Shown here in pieces: positions 39,595 to 50,216 of a stretch of DNA of 64,000 nt. The notes under the pieces were generated by a model. It saw only the letters and a program-made list of their open reading frames with translations. It ran no database searches and had not been told where the DNA came from. The stretch is from an uncultured Candidatus Saccharibacteria bacterium (lineage in GTDB: Bacteria; Patescibacteriota; Minisyncoccia; Phycocordibacterales; PALSA-1337): positions 979 to 64,978 of the forward strand of contig CAZQUI010000003.1 of NCBI GenBank assembly GCA_964596595.1. The letters are read 5' to 3'. Position numbers and translations under genes: made by a program. The first letter of the stretch is position 1. Each line of letters starts with the position of its first letter.

Positions 39595-40182
39595 ATGCAA
39601 ATCATTGTTGATTATGAACAGCCATTGCAGGAATTAATCAAAGGACGATGGGTACGGTATCAAGAAGAAAAGTGGTTACCTGTCTCTTGTACAGGACAAG
39701 TAAGTTTCGATTCGAATCGTGTGGTTCTCACGCCAACTCCCGTTAATCGGAATAGCTCCGAAATGCGCGAACCTTCTGTTTCTTCTAGTTCGATGATAGT
39801 GGCTTTACGGAAAGGTCTCGCGGGACACACCGAAGGGGATCTTTTTCTTCTCAATTCTTTGATAAGAAGAACCGCCATCGTTGCACTTGATTTTCCAGTA
39901 CCCGATCACTACAAGTTTATCTTTTTTCCTGATGCTATCACTCAGCAAGAAAATCCTATTTTTTACAAAGAAAAAGATACCTGGATGACTCGAGAAAACA
40001 AACGAGTTTTAATTCCAGGAAAACAAACTTCTCGTCCAGCTTTTAACCGAATCATTCACGGTTTAAGAAGGACGGGAGAGAGATCGAGGAATTGGGTACT
40101 TTACAGCTTCACTTTTCAACGCCAAGATGAATTTATCGGATGTTTTGGTGAAGATTGCAGTTGGGCTTTTATTGGGCCATAA
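39595..40182 (+). CDS. Hypothetical protein
   Basis: 195-aa ORF with aagga SD and its own terminator. Confidence 0.6.
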   Translation: MQIIVDYEQPLQELIKGRWVRYQEEKWLPVSCTGQVSFDSNRVVLTPTPVNRNSSEMREPSVSSSSMIVALRKGLAGHTEGDLFLLNSLIRRTAIVALDFPVPDHYKFIFFPDAITQQENPIFYKEKDTWMTRENKRVLIPGKQTSRPAFNRIIHGLRRTGERSRNWVLYSFTFQRQDEFIGCFGEDCSWAFIGP

Positions 40183-40202
40183 TTTACCCTTTGTTCAGCC
40201 AC

Positions 40203-40228
40203 AAGACCACCCTCACGGTGGTCTTTTT
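40203..40228 (+). terminator. Intrinsic terminator
   Basis: aagaccacc-ctcac-ggtggtcttttt. Confidence 0.75.
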
Positions 40229-40246
40229 ATGTGTCAGATAGACGAG

Positions 40247-42022
40247 CTACGCATGTAACCCGATCTGTAACTCATATAACCTTCGATATTCCCCACCATC
40301 TTTCTTGAGTAATTGATCGTGAGTGCCGGATTCGATAATAGTTCCTTCCTTAAAAACTAAAATTTGATTGGCTTTTCTCACGGTACTCAAGCGATGTGCA
40401 ATGATGAAGGTAGTTTTACCCTGCATAAGTTCATCGAGAGATTCGGTAATTATTTTTTCTGATCCAGCATCCAAAGCTGAAGTTGGTTCATCGAGTACCA
40501 AGATGCGTGGATTACGCAAGATGGCTCGAGCGATAGCCACACGTTGCTTTTGACCCACAGAAAGCTTGACTCCCCTCTCTCCAACAACCTGATCCCATTT
40601 TTGAGGAAACTTTTCGATAAAGTCGACCGCATGTGCCTTTTTGGCTGCAGTAGTAACTGCTTCGTCAGTAGCTTTGAAGTTGCCATATTTGATATTGGTT
40701 TTGATCGTATCATTGAAGAGAACAACTTCTTGAGGCACCACAGCGATCTGCTGACGTAATTTACGGAGATTAAGATCGTGAATATTGTGTCCATCAATTT
40801 TCACTTCTCCTGATGAAGCAAAATGATAACCAGAGATGAGATCAATCAGAGTACTTTTACCAACTCCCGACTCTCCTACGAGGGCGATCACCTCACCAGT
40901 TTTGGCTGAGAAAGAGATATTTTGTAAGACCTGTTTACCTTCTTCGTATTGAAAAGAAACATTTTTGAGTTCAATGTTACCTTTGAGATCGATGGCAATA
41001 GAATCTTTTTTTTCATACGGTTCCGGAGGTAAACTCAAAATCTTTTCTGTTTCTTGGATACCGACAACACCATTTTGAATCGTTTGCCAATTACGGCCAA
41101 TAGTTATAAAAGGACCGAAGACCATGGCAGCGTAGGCATTGAAGGCGATTAATTCTCCAATTGTCATACTGCCTTTTTGGATATAAAAAGCAGACAAAAT
41201 GAAAATGATAATTTGGGTAATCAGAATAATAAGTTTTTGATACAACGTGAGTGTAGCCCATACACTGGTTAAACGCATCCATAGAGGCACTGCGCTCTTC
41301 ATTTTGGAAGAAAGTTTGTTACGCTCGTATTCTTCGGCAGTGGCTTGTTTAACAGCAAGCGTATTTCCTACCACATCATATGATTCTCCCCAAATAAAAC
41401 CGAGAACGTCATAGTATTCTTTTTGATATTGAGCTAGTGGTTTAATTTTTCGTACCAAGGTAAATATATAAACCAAAACTCCGGCAACTAATAAGCCAGC
41501 GAGGAATGGATTCAGATAGAAAGCAATAATAAAAGCAATGATAATACTCAAGATTTGTGGACTTAAATCAATAACAATTCTTCCGGCTATGGTTTCCAGT
41601 GAACTTGCCGCCATATTTATTTTACTACCTATTTCTCCAATTTTATTTTGTTTATGAAAAGCCATTGGTAACACCAAGAGATAACTAAAGCCATTTGCCA
41701 AATAGTCTAACCAAATAATGTTAGAGAACTTTTCACTGAGAATATTGATACGCCAATCCAAAAGATACGTGATAAGTTGCACAATAGCCCACAGAATGAG
41801 TAGAGCTATAAATAATGGAACTGTCCACGATAAAATCTGAGTAGTTTCGGTACTGGTAATAACATCAAAAAACCTTCCTGCAATGTATGGAATAGTACCG
41901 TTACCGAGAGCTGAAAACACGCCCATAATACTGAGGATAATTATTTCTCGACGATATTGGCCAATGTATTTAAAAAGGACCTTAAACCCTGTATAAAGGT
42001 TTTCTTTAGTAATTTTTTCCAT
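40247..42022 (-). CDS. ABC exporter, fused permease/ATPase (MsbA/MdlB-like)
   Basis: Multi-TM N-terminus, GESGVGKST, LSVGQKQR, LVLDEPTSALD. Confidence 0.93.
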   Translation of the reverse strand: MEKITKENLYTGFKVLFKYIGQYRREIIILSIMGVFSALGNGTIPYIAGRFFDVITSTETTQILSWTVPLFIALLILWAIVQLITYLLDWRINILSEKFSNIIWLDYLANGFSYLLVLPMAFHKQNKIGEIGSKINMAASSLETIAGRIVIDLSPQILSIIIAFIIAFYLNPFLAGLLVAGVLVYIFTLVRKIKPLAQYQKEYYDVLGFIWGESYDVVGNTLAVKQATAEEYERNKLSSKMKSAVPLWMRLTSVWATLTLYQKLIILITQIIIFILSAFYIQKGSMTIGELIAFNAYAAMVFGPFITIGRNWQTIQNGVVGIQETEKILSLPPEPYEKKDSIAIDLKGNIELKNVSFQYEEGKQVLQNISFSAKTGEVIALVGESGVGKSTLIDLISGYHFASSGEVKIDGHNIHDLNLRKLRQQIAVVPQEVVLFNDTIKTNIKYGNFKATDEAVTTAAKKAHAVDFIEKFPQKWDQVVGERGVKLSVGQKQRVAIARAILRNPRILVLDEPTSALDAGSEKIITESLDELMQGKTTFIIAHRLSTVRKANQILVFKEGTIIESGTHDQLLKKDGGEYRRLYELQIGLHA

Positions 42023-42038
42023 AATTTTTAGGTTACTG

Positions 42039-42932
42039 TTAGTTAGTATTTTCTCCTTGGATCAATTGCGGTAAACCTGAAGTATCAATAACCGGAGGTG
42101 GAATAAATGGTGGATTTGAATTTATATCATTAAGATTATTATTGTTGTTAGAAGAATTTTGATTATTGTTGTTATTTTGATTATTGTTGCTATTTTCTGT
42201 CGCCGTGTTTAATTCTTCCTCTAATTCCTCAACATTATTTTCCAAATTATTTACAACTTCAGGATTTGGTTGAATATTATTTATCTGATTGTTTGCCTGA
42301 TTAACCGTATTTGTAACCTGTTCAACAACTTGTTCTTGAGCGGCGATTTGTGTATCGGTTAGATTTGAATTTTGAGGAGTCAAATTTTGTACCGCCTGTT
42401 CTAAAGTAGAAGCATACTGTTGAGCAGCTTCAATAACAGCTGATGCTGCCATTCCAACATTTTGCTGACTACTACCTGCTGTTTCTAAAACTTTTTTCCA
42501 TTCATTAATTAACGATAATAATTCTTGTCTTTCTTGAGTTAATTTTGTCTTTACAGCAATATCAATACTTGAATTATTAACTAATTTATAAATATCATCC
42601 GTTCGGCTAATTACAGAATCTGATAACTCTTTTTCAATAGTCAAAAGAGCCAGGCCATACGAAGATGCTGGATTAAATCCACTTTCCCGGAATATTTGTA
42701 ATCTATCAATTTCAGTCTGAAGTTTACTTTTAGCAAGTTCCAATTCAGCAGCAATTTCGGCAATTGGTCGAGAAGACCGCTCGAGTGATAGACGTGCTGA
42801 TTTTACTAATTCATCAGATTCTTTTTCTTTTTTATATAATTTTGAATAACTATACGAACCAGCCAATAGCATTGTTAGTGCGACGACAATTATTAGAGCA
42901 GGAGTTGCAATACCACGATGAGTATTATTCAT
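42039..42932 (-). CDS. Membrane-anchored coiled-coil protein with Asn-rich tail
   Basis: Prepilin-like HRG|IATPALIIVVAL N-terminus; poly-Asn low-complexity region. Confidence 0.7.
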   Translation of the reverse strand: MNNTHRGIATPALIIVVALTMLLAGSYSYSKLYKKEKESDELVKSARLSLERSSRPIAEIAAELELAKSKLQTEIDRLQIFRESGFNPASSYGLALLTIEKELSDSVISRTDDIYKLVNNSSIDIAVKTKLTQERQELLSLINEWKKVLETAGSSQQNVGMAASAVIEAAQQYASTLEQAVQNLTPQNSNLTDTQIAAQEQVVEQVTNTVNQANNQINNIQPNPEVVNNLENNVEELEEELNTATENSNNNQNNNNNQNSSNNNNNLNDINSNPPFIPPPVIDTSGLPQLIQGENTN

Positions 42933-42998
42933 ACAGCTATGATACAACAAAATAAATAAAATTAAAAATAAGTTATAATATGTTAATAAATATATCCT

Positions 42999-43610
42999 AT
43001 GTCAAAAAGAATTACTTTGATAATTTTACTGACTTTCTTTGGTTTTTCTATATTATTTTTTATTGATAAACAACAAATTAAAAACCGTCATTCAAAAAAT
43101 ACAAATATTGTTGCTTTTGGAGACAGCCTGACCTACGGAGTTGGTTCTACGACTGGAAATGATTTTATTTCTATTCTTTCAAAAAGAATAAATCAACCAA
43201 TAATAAACTTAGGCGTAAGTGGTGACACTACGAGCAAGGCCTTGGAAAGAATAGACAAAGTCACTTCTTTGAATCCGAAACTAGTAATTGTTTTACTTGG
43301 CGGAAATGATTATCTCCAAAAAGTTTCTCCTGAAAAAACTTTTAACAATCTCAGCAAGATTATTGATCAAATACACGCAACAGGATCTGCTGTTCTATTG
43401 CTTGGTATTCGAGGAGGTCTACTTCGTGATATTTATGCTTCAAATTTTAAAGAATTAGCTAAAGAAAAAAAAGTGGGTTTTGTTCCAAATGTTTTAGATG
43501 GGCTTATCGGCAATAGTACACTCATGTCAGATGCTGTACATCCAAACGATCAAGGATACTTACTTATTGCTCAAAAAGTTGAGCCCCAAATTAAACGAAT
43601 CTTGGAATAA
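42999..43610 (+). CDS. GDSL/SGNH family esterase (arylesterase/TesA-like)
   Basis: FGDSLT, NLGVSGDTT, LGGND, DAVHPN. Confidence 0.93.
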   Translation: MSKRITLIILLTFFGFSILFFIDKQQIKNRHSKNTNIVAFGDSLTYGVGSTTGNDFISILSKRINQPIINLGVSGDTTSKALERIDKVTSLNPKLVIVLLGGNDYLQKVSPEKTFNNLSKIIDQIHATGSAVLLLGIRGGLLRDIYASNFKELAKEKKVGFVPNVLDGLIGNSTLMSDAVHPNDQGYLLIAQKVEPQIKRILE

Positions 43611-43612
43611 AT

Positions 43613-44596
43613 TTATTTATTAACTTTATTTAACGGTTCTTTACCTTCCAAAACATCTATAACATTTTGAGCTGCAATTCTGGCCATTTCATTGCGAGCA
43701 TTTTCGCGAGCAGAAGCAATATGAGGAGTTAACACAACATTCGGAAGATCTACCAAACCCGGAGTAAGAGCTGGTTCAAATTCAAAGACATCAAGAGCAG
43801 CTCCGGCAATGATCTTTTTTTGCAAAGCTTCAACTAAAGCTTTTTCATCAATTACTGGTCCTCTTGAAGTATTAATCAAAAAGGCAGTCTTCTTCATTTT
43901 TTCCAAACGTTCTGCATTTATGAGATGGTGGGTAGTTTCAATAAGTGGAACATGTAAACTTACAATATCAGATAGTGATAAAACTTTTTCAACAGAATCA
44001 TAGTATGTAGCACTGTAATCTTTTTCAAGTTTTTCATTACGCATGATATCGTAATAAATAATTTTTGCATTAAAACCCCGAACAGCAACGTGAGCAACTT
44101 CAGTTCCTATACTTCCAACACCAATAAGACCCAAAGTTTTTTCAGAAAAATCAGTACCGATAAAATTCATTGGCGCCCATCCTTTGTATTTACCAGCTCG
44201 AGTAAAAGCGTCTGCTTCAACCGTTCGAGTAGTCAAAGCCATAATGAGAGCAATAGCATGTTCTGCCACAGCCCGACTAGAAACTCCGGGTGTATTTGTA
44301 ACAGCAATTCCTCTTTTTTTTGCTTCAGCTAAATCGATATTATTGAAACCGACCGCATAGTTTGCATAAATTTTAACCGTTGGAGCAATCTCCATAATTG
44401 AAACATCGATAATATCTGTCAAAAGAGAAATAACCGCATCGTATTTATCATTTTTTAGAAGAGTTATTAATTCATTTTTTGACAAAGGAGGATCTCCTGC
44501 TCCACCTGGACAAACGGTAATATCAAACCCTTTCGTTTTTAACATATCGATCCCAACCTGAGGAATCTCTCTCGTTATAAGAATTTTTTTGGACAT
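43613..44596 (-). CDS. D-glycerate dehydrogenase / glyoxylate reductase (2-hydroxyacid dehydrogenase)
   Basis: AVGFNNID, GVGSIG, INTSRGPVIDE, LDVFEFEP, TPHIAS. Confidence 0.93.
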   Translation of the reverse strand: MSKKILITREIPQVGIDMLKTKGFDITVCPGGAGDPPLSKNELITLLKNDKYDAVISLLTDIIDVSIMEIAPTVKIYANYAVGFNNIDLAEAKKRGIAVTNTPGVSSRAVAEHAIALIMALTTRTVEADAFTRAGKYKGWAPMNFIGTDFSEKTLGLIGVGSIGTEVAHVAVRGFNAKIIYYDIMRNEKLEKDYSATYYDSVEKVLSLSDIVSLHVPLIETTHHLINAERLEKMKKTAFLINTSRGPVIDEKALVEALQKKIIAGAALDVFEFEPALTPGLVDLPNVVLTPHIASARENARNEMARIAAQNVIDVLEGKEPLNKVNK

Positions 44597-44644
44597 AATA
44601 AATCAATAATAACATAAACTAAGCTCAAATCGACTAAGGCTAAT

Positions 44645-45415
44645 TTAGACTTTTTCAAGAACATCTTTTTTAAAATGTTTAAGATAAGCCACAATAATAA
44701 AACTTATTATTACCATCAAAAACCAAGAACTGACTTTATTTGTAGAAACTACACTCCACGCATGAATTTGATCTGGATATTTCCAAGCCCCCAAATAAGT
44801 CGAAATGTTTTCAGCTATCCAGATAAAAAACGCAATCAGAAGAAAACTTATATTTAGTGGCATCCAATATTTTCTATCGGTAACAACAAAGTACACTCGC
44901 GTTTTCCAAAAATAAATAAAAATAAAGACAATAATAAACCACCGAATATCATAAATATAATGATTAGTAAAAAAATTGAGATAAATCAAAATTCCAATAA
45001 TAATGCTAATAGTATATGTGTGATAATTTTTCAATTCCAATTTAAAAATCTTCCAAGCCTGACTAATATAACTACCAACAGCGGCATACATAAAACCACT
45101 ATACAACGGTACTGTTCCCAACTTAAAAAAAGCTTCTTCGGGATAACTCCAAGATCCAATCATTGGGCTAGTTTTGTATAATTCCAAAACCAAACCAATT
45201 ATGTGAAATAAAAAGATAACTTTTACTTCATCTTTTGTTTCTAACTTAGTTACATAAAGTACAATTTGGATTAATACAGCAGAAATAAATAAAAAATCAT
45301 ACCTAGCTAAACCAAAAAGGTTTATATGATTTGAAACAAATAAGAGCAGAAAAAATAGACCAGCGAAAATTGATGCTTGGGCTTGTTTGAGACCAAAAAT
45401 AATAAATTTTCGCAT
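44645..45415 (-). CDS. DUF817 family membrane protein
   Basis: FGLKQAQASIF, RYDFL, GSWSYPE, VPLYSGFMYAAVGSY. Confidence 0.85.
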   Translation of the reverse strand: MRKFIIFGLKQAQASIFAGLFFLLLFVSNHINLFGLARYDFLFISAVLIQIVLYVTKLETKDEVKVIFLFHIIGLVLELYKTSPMIGSWSYPEEAFFKLGTVPLYSGFMYAAVGSYISQAWKIFKLELKNYHTYTISIIIGILIYLNFFTNHYIYDIRWFIIVFIFIYFWKTRVYFVVTDRKYWMPLNISFLLIAFFIWIAENISTYLGAWKYPDQIHAWSVVSTNKVSSWFLMVIISFIIVAYLKHFKKDVLEKV

Positions 45416-45431
45416 ATTTATACTTATCTGT

Positions 45432-45854
45432 TTATCTTTTCTTATGCTCAATTGCAAGTACTGCCAAGACTGCAATATAAACAATATGATCGTCTATCAA
45501 AGGATTGTTCTCTGGCGGAAAAGTAGCTAGCCACATCAAGATCATCATTATACTTCCAAATATTGCTCCCCATTTTACATATCGATTGAACAACAATGTT
45601 AGTCCAACACCCAAAAGACCGAGCATGAATAACCAATCCACAATGGCACTACCAGCTAAGGATTGAAATATTTGTGCAAAAGGACCTTCTGTACCATGTA
45701 ACAAAAAACCAGTCGTTGGCGAACCGCCATTTATCCAAGAAGCTTCTGGTTTTGTGGCGAAGCCAAGACCAAATGTTTTATCAAAGAAAGCCCAAAGAAA
45801 AATAAGAGCCATAATAATTCGGAGCTTAACCCAAACAAGATTATGTATTTTCAT
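45432..45854 (-). CDS. DoxX / thiosulfate:quinone oxidoreductase small-subunit-like membrane protein
   Basis: LRIIMALIFLWAFFDKTFGLGFAT..SWINGGSPT, NPLIDDHIVY. Confidence 0.85.
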   Translation of the reverse strand: MKIHNLVWVKLRIIMALIFLWAFFDKTFGLGFATKPEASWINGGSPTTGFLLHGTEGPFAQIFQSLAGSAIVDWLFMLGLLGVGLTLLFNRYVKWGAIFGSIMMILMWLATFPPENNPLIDDHIVYIAVLAVLAIEHKKR

Positions 45855-45909
45855 ATTTATATAATATCACTCCTAATTAAATCTTAAACATAGATTTGTG
45901 GATAAAATT

Positions 45910-46221
45910 TTATACAACCATACGTTTATGTCTAAGGTTGTGTAAAATCTTACAAGGAGCAACTATTCTTGGATCGACAATTCTATAAAAAATATTTAGA
46001 CCTTTGCGTCTAGTCTGAACCAGTCCATTATGTCTCAAAAGAGCTAAATGTTGAGATAGATTTGCTTTAGAAAGTTTTGTGATTTTGAGAAGTTCTTCAA
46101 CTCCACGCTCTCCTATCTTGAGATTATTGAGTATCTCCAAGCGTTTAGAATTGGCTAAAATTTTGTATATGTGAGCATTTTTATCAAATGCCTCTTGAGG
46201 TAATGGTGATTTTAGTTTCAT
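45910..46221 (-). CDS. ArsR/SmtB family transcriptional regulator
   Basis: KILANSKRLEIL, ANLSQHLALLR..GLVQTRRKG..IFY. Confidence 0.92.
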   Translation of the reverse strand: MKLKSPLPQEAFDKNAHIYKILANSKRLEILNNLKIGERGVEELLKITKLSKANLSQHLALLRHNGLVQTRRKGLNIFYRIVDPRIVAPCKILHNLRHKRMVV

Positions 46222-46393
46222 TGTTTCAATATTATGAATATAAGTATACGCTAGTCTGATCTATTTTCTCAAATTGACACCAGATAATTATTTATGTCAC
46301 AAGACTAATTTTATTAGTTATCCCCTTTAAAAGGCCAAATGGTGATTGATATACTAATTTAGTAATTCATTAACTAATTAACTATATACATCC

Positions 46394-48706
46394 ATGTCTA
46401 CCAAAAAAAGATTTTCGATAAAAAATTTAATTCGAAGTATTCAGAAAAGAGATGGTTCGATCGTTCCATTTGATCTCAAAAAAATTACCGCTGCTGTAAA
46501 CAAGGCAATGATAGCCTCAAAAGAAGGATCCGCAAAAGAGGCCAATATTATTGCCCAAAAAGTCTTAGCTGATGTGATCAGAATAACAAAAAAATACAAA
46601 AATTTTATTCCCAATGTCGAAGGTATACAAGACAGTGTCGAAAAAGAACTAATTCTTGGTGAATACGTAAAAACAGCCAAAGCCTACATTCTCTATCGTG
46701 AAGAACGTGCCAAAATACGCGCTCACGGACTTCGAGTTCCGCCGAGAATAAAAAAGCTAGCTGAGGAAAGTAAAAAATATTTTCGTAACCCACTTGGTGA
46801 ATTTGTCTATTATCGAACATATTCAAGATGGATGAGCCAAGAAGGTAGACGCGAGACTTGGATAGAGACCGTTGATAGATACATCTCATTTATGAAAGAA
46901 AATCTTGGTACAAAACTCAAAGAGTCAGAATATCAAGAACTAAAAGACGGTATCCTCAACCACGAAGCGATGCCCTCGATGAGGTTGTTACAATTTTCTG
47001 GTCCAGCTGCTCGTACTACAAACGTTTGTGCTTACAATTGTTCTTATATTGCACCAGAAAGTTTTCAAGACTTGGCAGAAATTATGTATGTCTCTATGTG
47101 TGGTACCGGAGTTGGCTGGTCAGCAGAAAGTCAAAATGTCCAAAAATTTCCGCAAATAAATATTCAAACGGGAATCAAATTACCAAAACATATTATTCCT
47201 GACAGCAAAGAAGGTTGGGCTGATTCTCTAAAATTTGCCATGAAGACATGGGCCGAAGGAAATGATATTGAATTTGATTATTCCTTACTTCGGCCCGCTG
47301 GAGCAAGACTAAAAACTATGGGAGGTAAAGCCTCGGGACCAGAACCGTTAATTAGACTTCTAACTTTTACTAGAGAAAAAATCCTAGCTCGACAAGGAAA
47401 ACGTCTACGAAATATAGATATTCACGATATTATTTGCATGATTGGCGATTGTGTTGTTTCTGGTGGAGTCCGCAGGAGCGCTATGATTTCTTTATCTGAT
47501 CTCGATGACATAGAAATCAGAGATGCCAAGAAAGGAGTATTTTATATCAACGAACCACAGAGAATGTTAGCCAATAACTCAGCAGTTTACATTAGCAAAC
47601 CAACAAACACTGAATTTATTGAAGAATGGACTGCTCTCATGAAATCTGGTTCCGGAGAAAGAGGTATATTTAATCGCGGATCACTTGCAGTTACACTTCC
47701 TGAGAGGAGAATTAAAATCTTAAAAGAATATAAAGGATATTTTGATGCTACAGGAAAAAGAATTATTGGATCAATTGGTACAAATCCTTGCGGTGAAATA
47801 ATTTTACAATCAAAACAATTTTGTAATCTTTCAGAAGTTGTAGCTAGAGCCGAAGACGATGAAAAATCGTTACTCAAAAAAATCCGCCTCGCTACAATCT
47901 TGGGAACATACCAAGCAAGCCTTACCCATTTTCCTTATCTTTCCAAAGAATGGAGCGAGAGATGTAAAAAAGAACGTCTTTTAGGGGTTTCTATTACTGG
48001 TCAATGGGATTGTCCAGCAACACGAGACCCGATAACCCTAAATAAACTCAAAAAAGAAGTAATCAAAATCAACCAAATTTACGCTAAAAGATTTGAAATA
48101 AATCCGTCAACTTGCACAACAGCCGTAAAACCATCTGGAACTTTGTCTCAAACTGTCGATTGTTCTTCAGGTATGCACCCTCGTCATGCTCCATTTTATA
48201 TTCGGCGCATAAGAATTGCAGCTACTGATTCTCTTTTTAAAATGCTCAAAGATCAAGGTGTGCCATATCACCCAGAAGTTGGACAATCCGCAGAAAACGC
48301 TACAACGTACGTCTTAGAATTCCCCATCAAATCTCCACCTGGTTCTATATATAAAAATGATTTAACGGCCATTGATCAACTGGAGCATTGGAAATTAGTT
48401 AAGCTTAATTACACTGAACACAACCCTTCAGTAACTATTTCTATTGGAGAAAATGAATGGATCGAAGTGGCAAATTGGATATACAATAATTGGGACATTG
48501 TTGGTGGTTTATCTTTCCTTCCGAGAGATAACCACATTTACCAACTTGCTCCTTATGAAGCCATAGATGAGCAAACTTATCTAAAGTTATCCGAACGACT
48601 CAAGCATATCGACTATTCAAAAATAATTACCTATGAAAAAACAGATGAACTTGATGTCAAAAAAGAACTTGCTTGTGTCGCTGGTGTATGTGAAATAGTT
48701 GTTTAG
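46394..48706 (+). CDS. nrdJ: Class II (adenosylcobalamin-dependent) ribonucleotide reductase with N-terminal ATP cone
   Basis: IQKRDGSIVPFD ATP cone; YYRTYSR, AYNCSY, GTNPCGEI, TAVKPSGT, C-terminal CVAGVCE. Confidence 0.93.
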   Translation: MSTKKRFSIKNLIRSIQKRDGSIVPFDLKKITAAVNKAMIASKEGSAKEANIIAQKVLADVIRITKKYKNFIPNVEGIQDSVEKELILGEYVKTAKAYILYREERAKIRAHGLRVPPRIKKLAEESKKYFRNPLGEFVYYRTYSRWMSQEGRRETWIETVDRYISFMKENLGTKLKESEYQELKDGILNHEAMPSMRLLQFSGPAARTTNVCAYNCSYIAPESFQDLAEIMYVSMCGTGVGWSAESQNVQKFPQINIQTGIKLPKHIIPDSKEGWADSLKFAMKTWAEGNDIEFDYSLLRPAGARLKTMGGKASGPEPLIRLLTFTREKILARQGKRLRNIDIHDIICMIGDCVVSGGVRRSAMISLSDLDDIEIRDAKKGVFYINEPQRMLANNSAVYISKPTNTEFIEEWTALMKSGSGERGIFNRGSLAVTLPERRIKILKEYKGYFDATGKRIIGSIGTNPCGEIILQSKQFCNLSEVVARAEDDEKSLLKKIRLATILGTYQASLTHFPYLSKEWSERCKKERLLGVSITGQWDCPATRDPITLNKLKKEVIKINQIYAKRFEINPSTCTTAVKPSGTLSQTVDCSSGMHPRHAPFYIRRIRIAATDSLFKMLKDQGVPYHPEVGQSAENATTYVLEFPIKSPPGSIYKNDLTAIDQLEHWKLVKLNYTEHNPSVTISIGENEWIEVANWIYNNWDIVGGLSFLPRDNHIYQLAPYEAIDEQTYLKLSERLKHIDYSKIITYEKTDELDVKKELACVAGVCEIVV

Positions 48707-48741
48707 AGAAAAAATAATAATCTGATAAATTAAACTAAAAA

Positions 48742-49593
48742 CTACTTACGTAAAGAATCTTTTTTTAGAGTAAAACAATCCGAACAACACAAAATCTTAC
48801 GAGAAGGTCTAAAGGAATCATCGTTACAGTATTGTTCGGTCTCAATATTACAAAACATACAACGGCCAATAACTATTTTTTCTGGTATGGAAACTACATC
48901 TGTAGTCATCCGATTATCAAAAACAAATAAAGTGCCTTTGAAATGCTTACCTGGTGACTTTTTCATGTAGGTATGAATACCATCTTTGAGCTGATACACA
49001 TCACTAAATCCTTCACGCTTAAGTAAACAGGTAGCTTTTTCACATCTAATACCGCCCGTGCAAACCGTGAGTACTTTTTTATTTTTTAAATCCTTTAAGG
49101 CAGAAATCTTTGCCGGTAAATCACGAAAATTTGTAAGACCAGGATCAATTGTTTTATCAAATTTACCACAAGCAATCTCATAATCATTTCGTAAATCCAA
49201 AACGACAAAATCCTCATTTTCTTCATACCAACGATCGAGCTCTTCTGGTTGTAATTCCGCGGCCGTTTCTCGAGCAACATCAAAAGACCCAGCACCAAGT
49301 GTTACCACCTCTTTACGAACCACAATCTTGAGTTTAGGAAAAGCAGAACCTGTTCCCTCACTTTCTTTGACCAACATTCCATCAAAATATGGATCTTTCT
49401 TTAGAAAATCTTTATAAGAGTTTATAGAAGCCTGAGTCCCTTCGAAGGTGGCATTTATCCCCTCTTCAGCCACAATCATACGGCCTTTAAGGCCCAATTC
49501 TTCACACTTTGCCCGATGAGCATTGGCCACAGCCTGAGGATTGGTTATAGGAGAGAAACGATAGAATAAGATAACTGTATAATCATTTTTCAT
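48742..49593 (-). CDS. trhO: Rhodanese-related sulfurtransferase (TrhO/YceA, UPF0176)
   Basis: LKGRMIVAEEGINAT, DLRNDYE, CTGGIRCEKA, VFDNR. Confidence 0.88.
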   Translation of the reverse strand: MKNDYTVILFYRFSPITNPQAVANAHRAKCEELGLKGRMIVAEEGINATFEGTQASINSYKDFLKKDPYFDGMLVKESEGTGSAFPKLKIVVRKEVVTLGAGSFDVARETAAELQPEELDRWYEENEDFVVLDLRNDYEIACGKFDKTIDPGLTNFRDLPAKISALKDLKNKKVLTVCTGGIRCEKATCLLKREGFSDVYQLKDGIHTYMKKSPGKHFKGTLFVFDNRMTTDVVSIPEKIVIGRCMFCNIETEQYCNDDSFRPSRKILCCSDCFTLKKDSLRK

Positions 49594-49767
49594 ATGTGCA
49601 GTTTATACTAAAATTTAGAGAAAGAAAATGAGGTTATTTTCATCATATAAATAAATTCACAATCAATCTCAATATATCTAAAATAAAATCAATAAATATT
49701 CATTGCGAGAGATGATAATTGATTCAGGACTTTTAAAACATGATAATTATAAGTATAATATAAATCA

Positions 49768-50163
49768 ATGAAAAAATACTTTCAAAAATGGCACGATAAA
49801 AAATCCGTAATTGACCAAATCGAGAAACGTCCCTTTTTCCACGAAGGTGAGATTTGGTGGTGCACTCTTGGGGTGAATATAGGATTTGAGCAAGACGGCG
49901 GAGGCGATGATTATCTTCGTCCGGTAATTATCTATAAGAAATTCAATAATGAGGTCTTCTGGGCTATTCCACTTACTCATACTAATAAGAAGACCAAATA
50001 TTACTTCCAGCTCACAAAAGAAAGTGATGCTCCAACGAGTTCGGCTATTTTGTCCCAAATACGCTTAGTAGATGCAAGGCGCTTGAGCCACAAGCTTAAG
50101 GTTAATGTTAGTAAAGATGATTTTTCTGCCTTAACAAAAAAATTCAAGACATTGCTACCTTGA
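49768..50163 (+). CDS. PemK/MazF-family endoribonuclease toxin (no protein antitoxin adjacent)
   Basis: GEIWWCTLGVNIGFEQDG..YLRPVII..AIPLT..ILSQIRLVDARRL. Confidence 0.9.
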   Translation: MKKYFQKWHDKKSVIDQIEKRPFFHEGEIWWCTLGVNIGFEQDGGGDDYLRPVIIYKKFNNEVFWAIPLTHTNKKTKYYFQLTKESDAPTSSAILSQIRLVDARRLSHKLKVNVSKDDFSALTKKFKTLLP

Positions 50164-50216
50164 ATCTTTCTTGTTACCCCTACCTTGCGGTAGAGTCGGG
50201 CCGAAGCCGTTTGTAT
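50164..50216 (-). ncRNA. Putative small structured RNA convergent with the PemK gene
   Basis: Minus strand ggc-UUCG-gcc and cucuacc-GCAA-gguaggg hairpins; promoter-like TTGTAA-N16-TAGTCT at 50221-50248. Confidence 0.45.

Noticed and set aside
46222-46393. NrdR boxes upstream of nrdJ
   Set aside because: Only weak partial matches to the acaCwAtATaTwGtgt palindrome.
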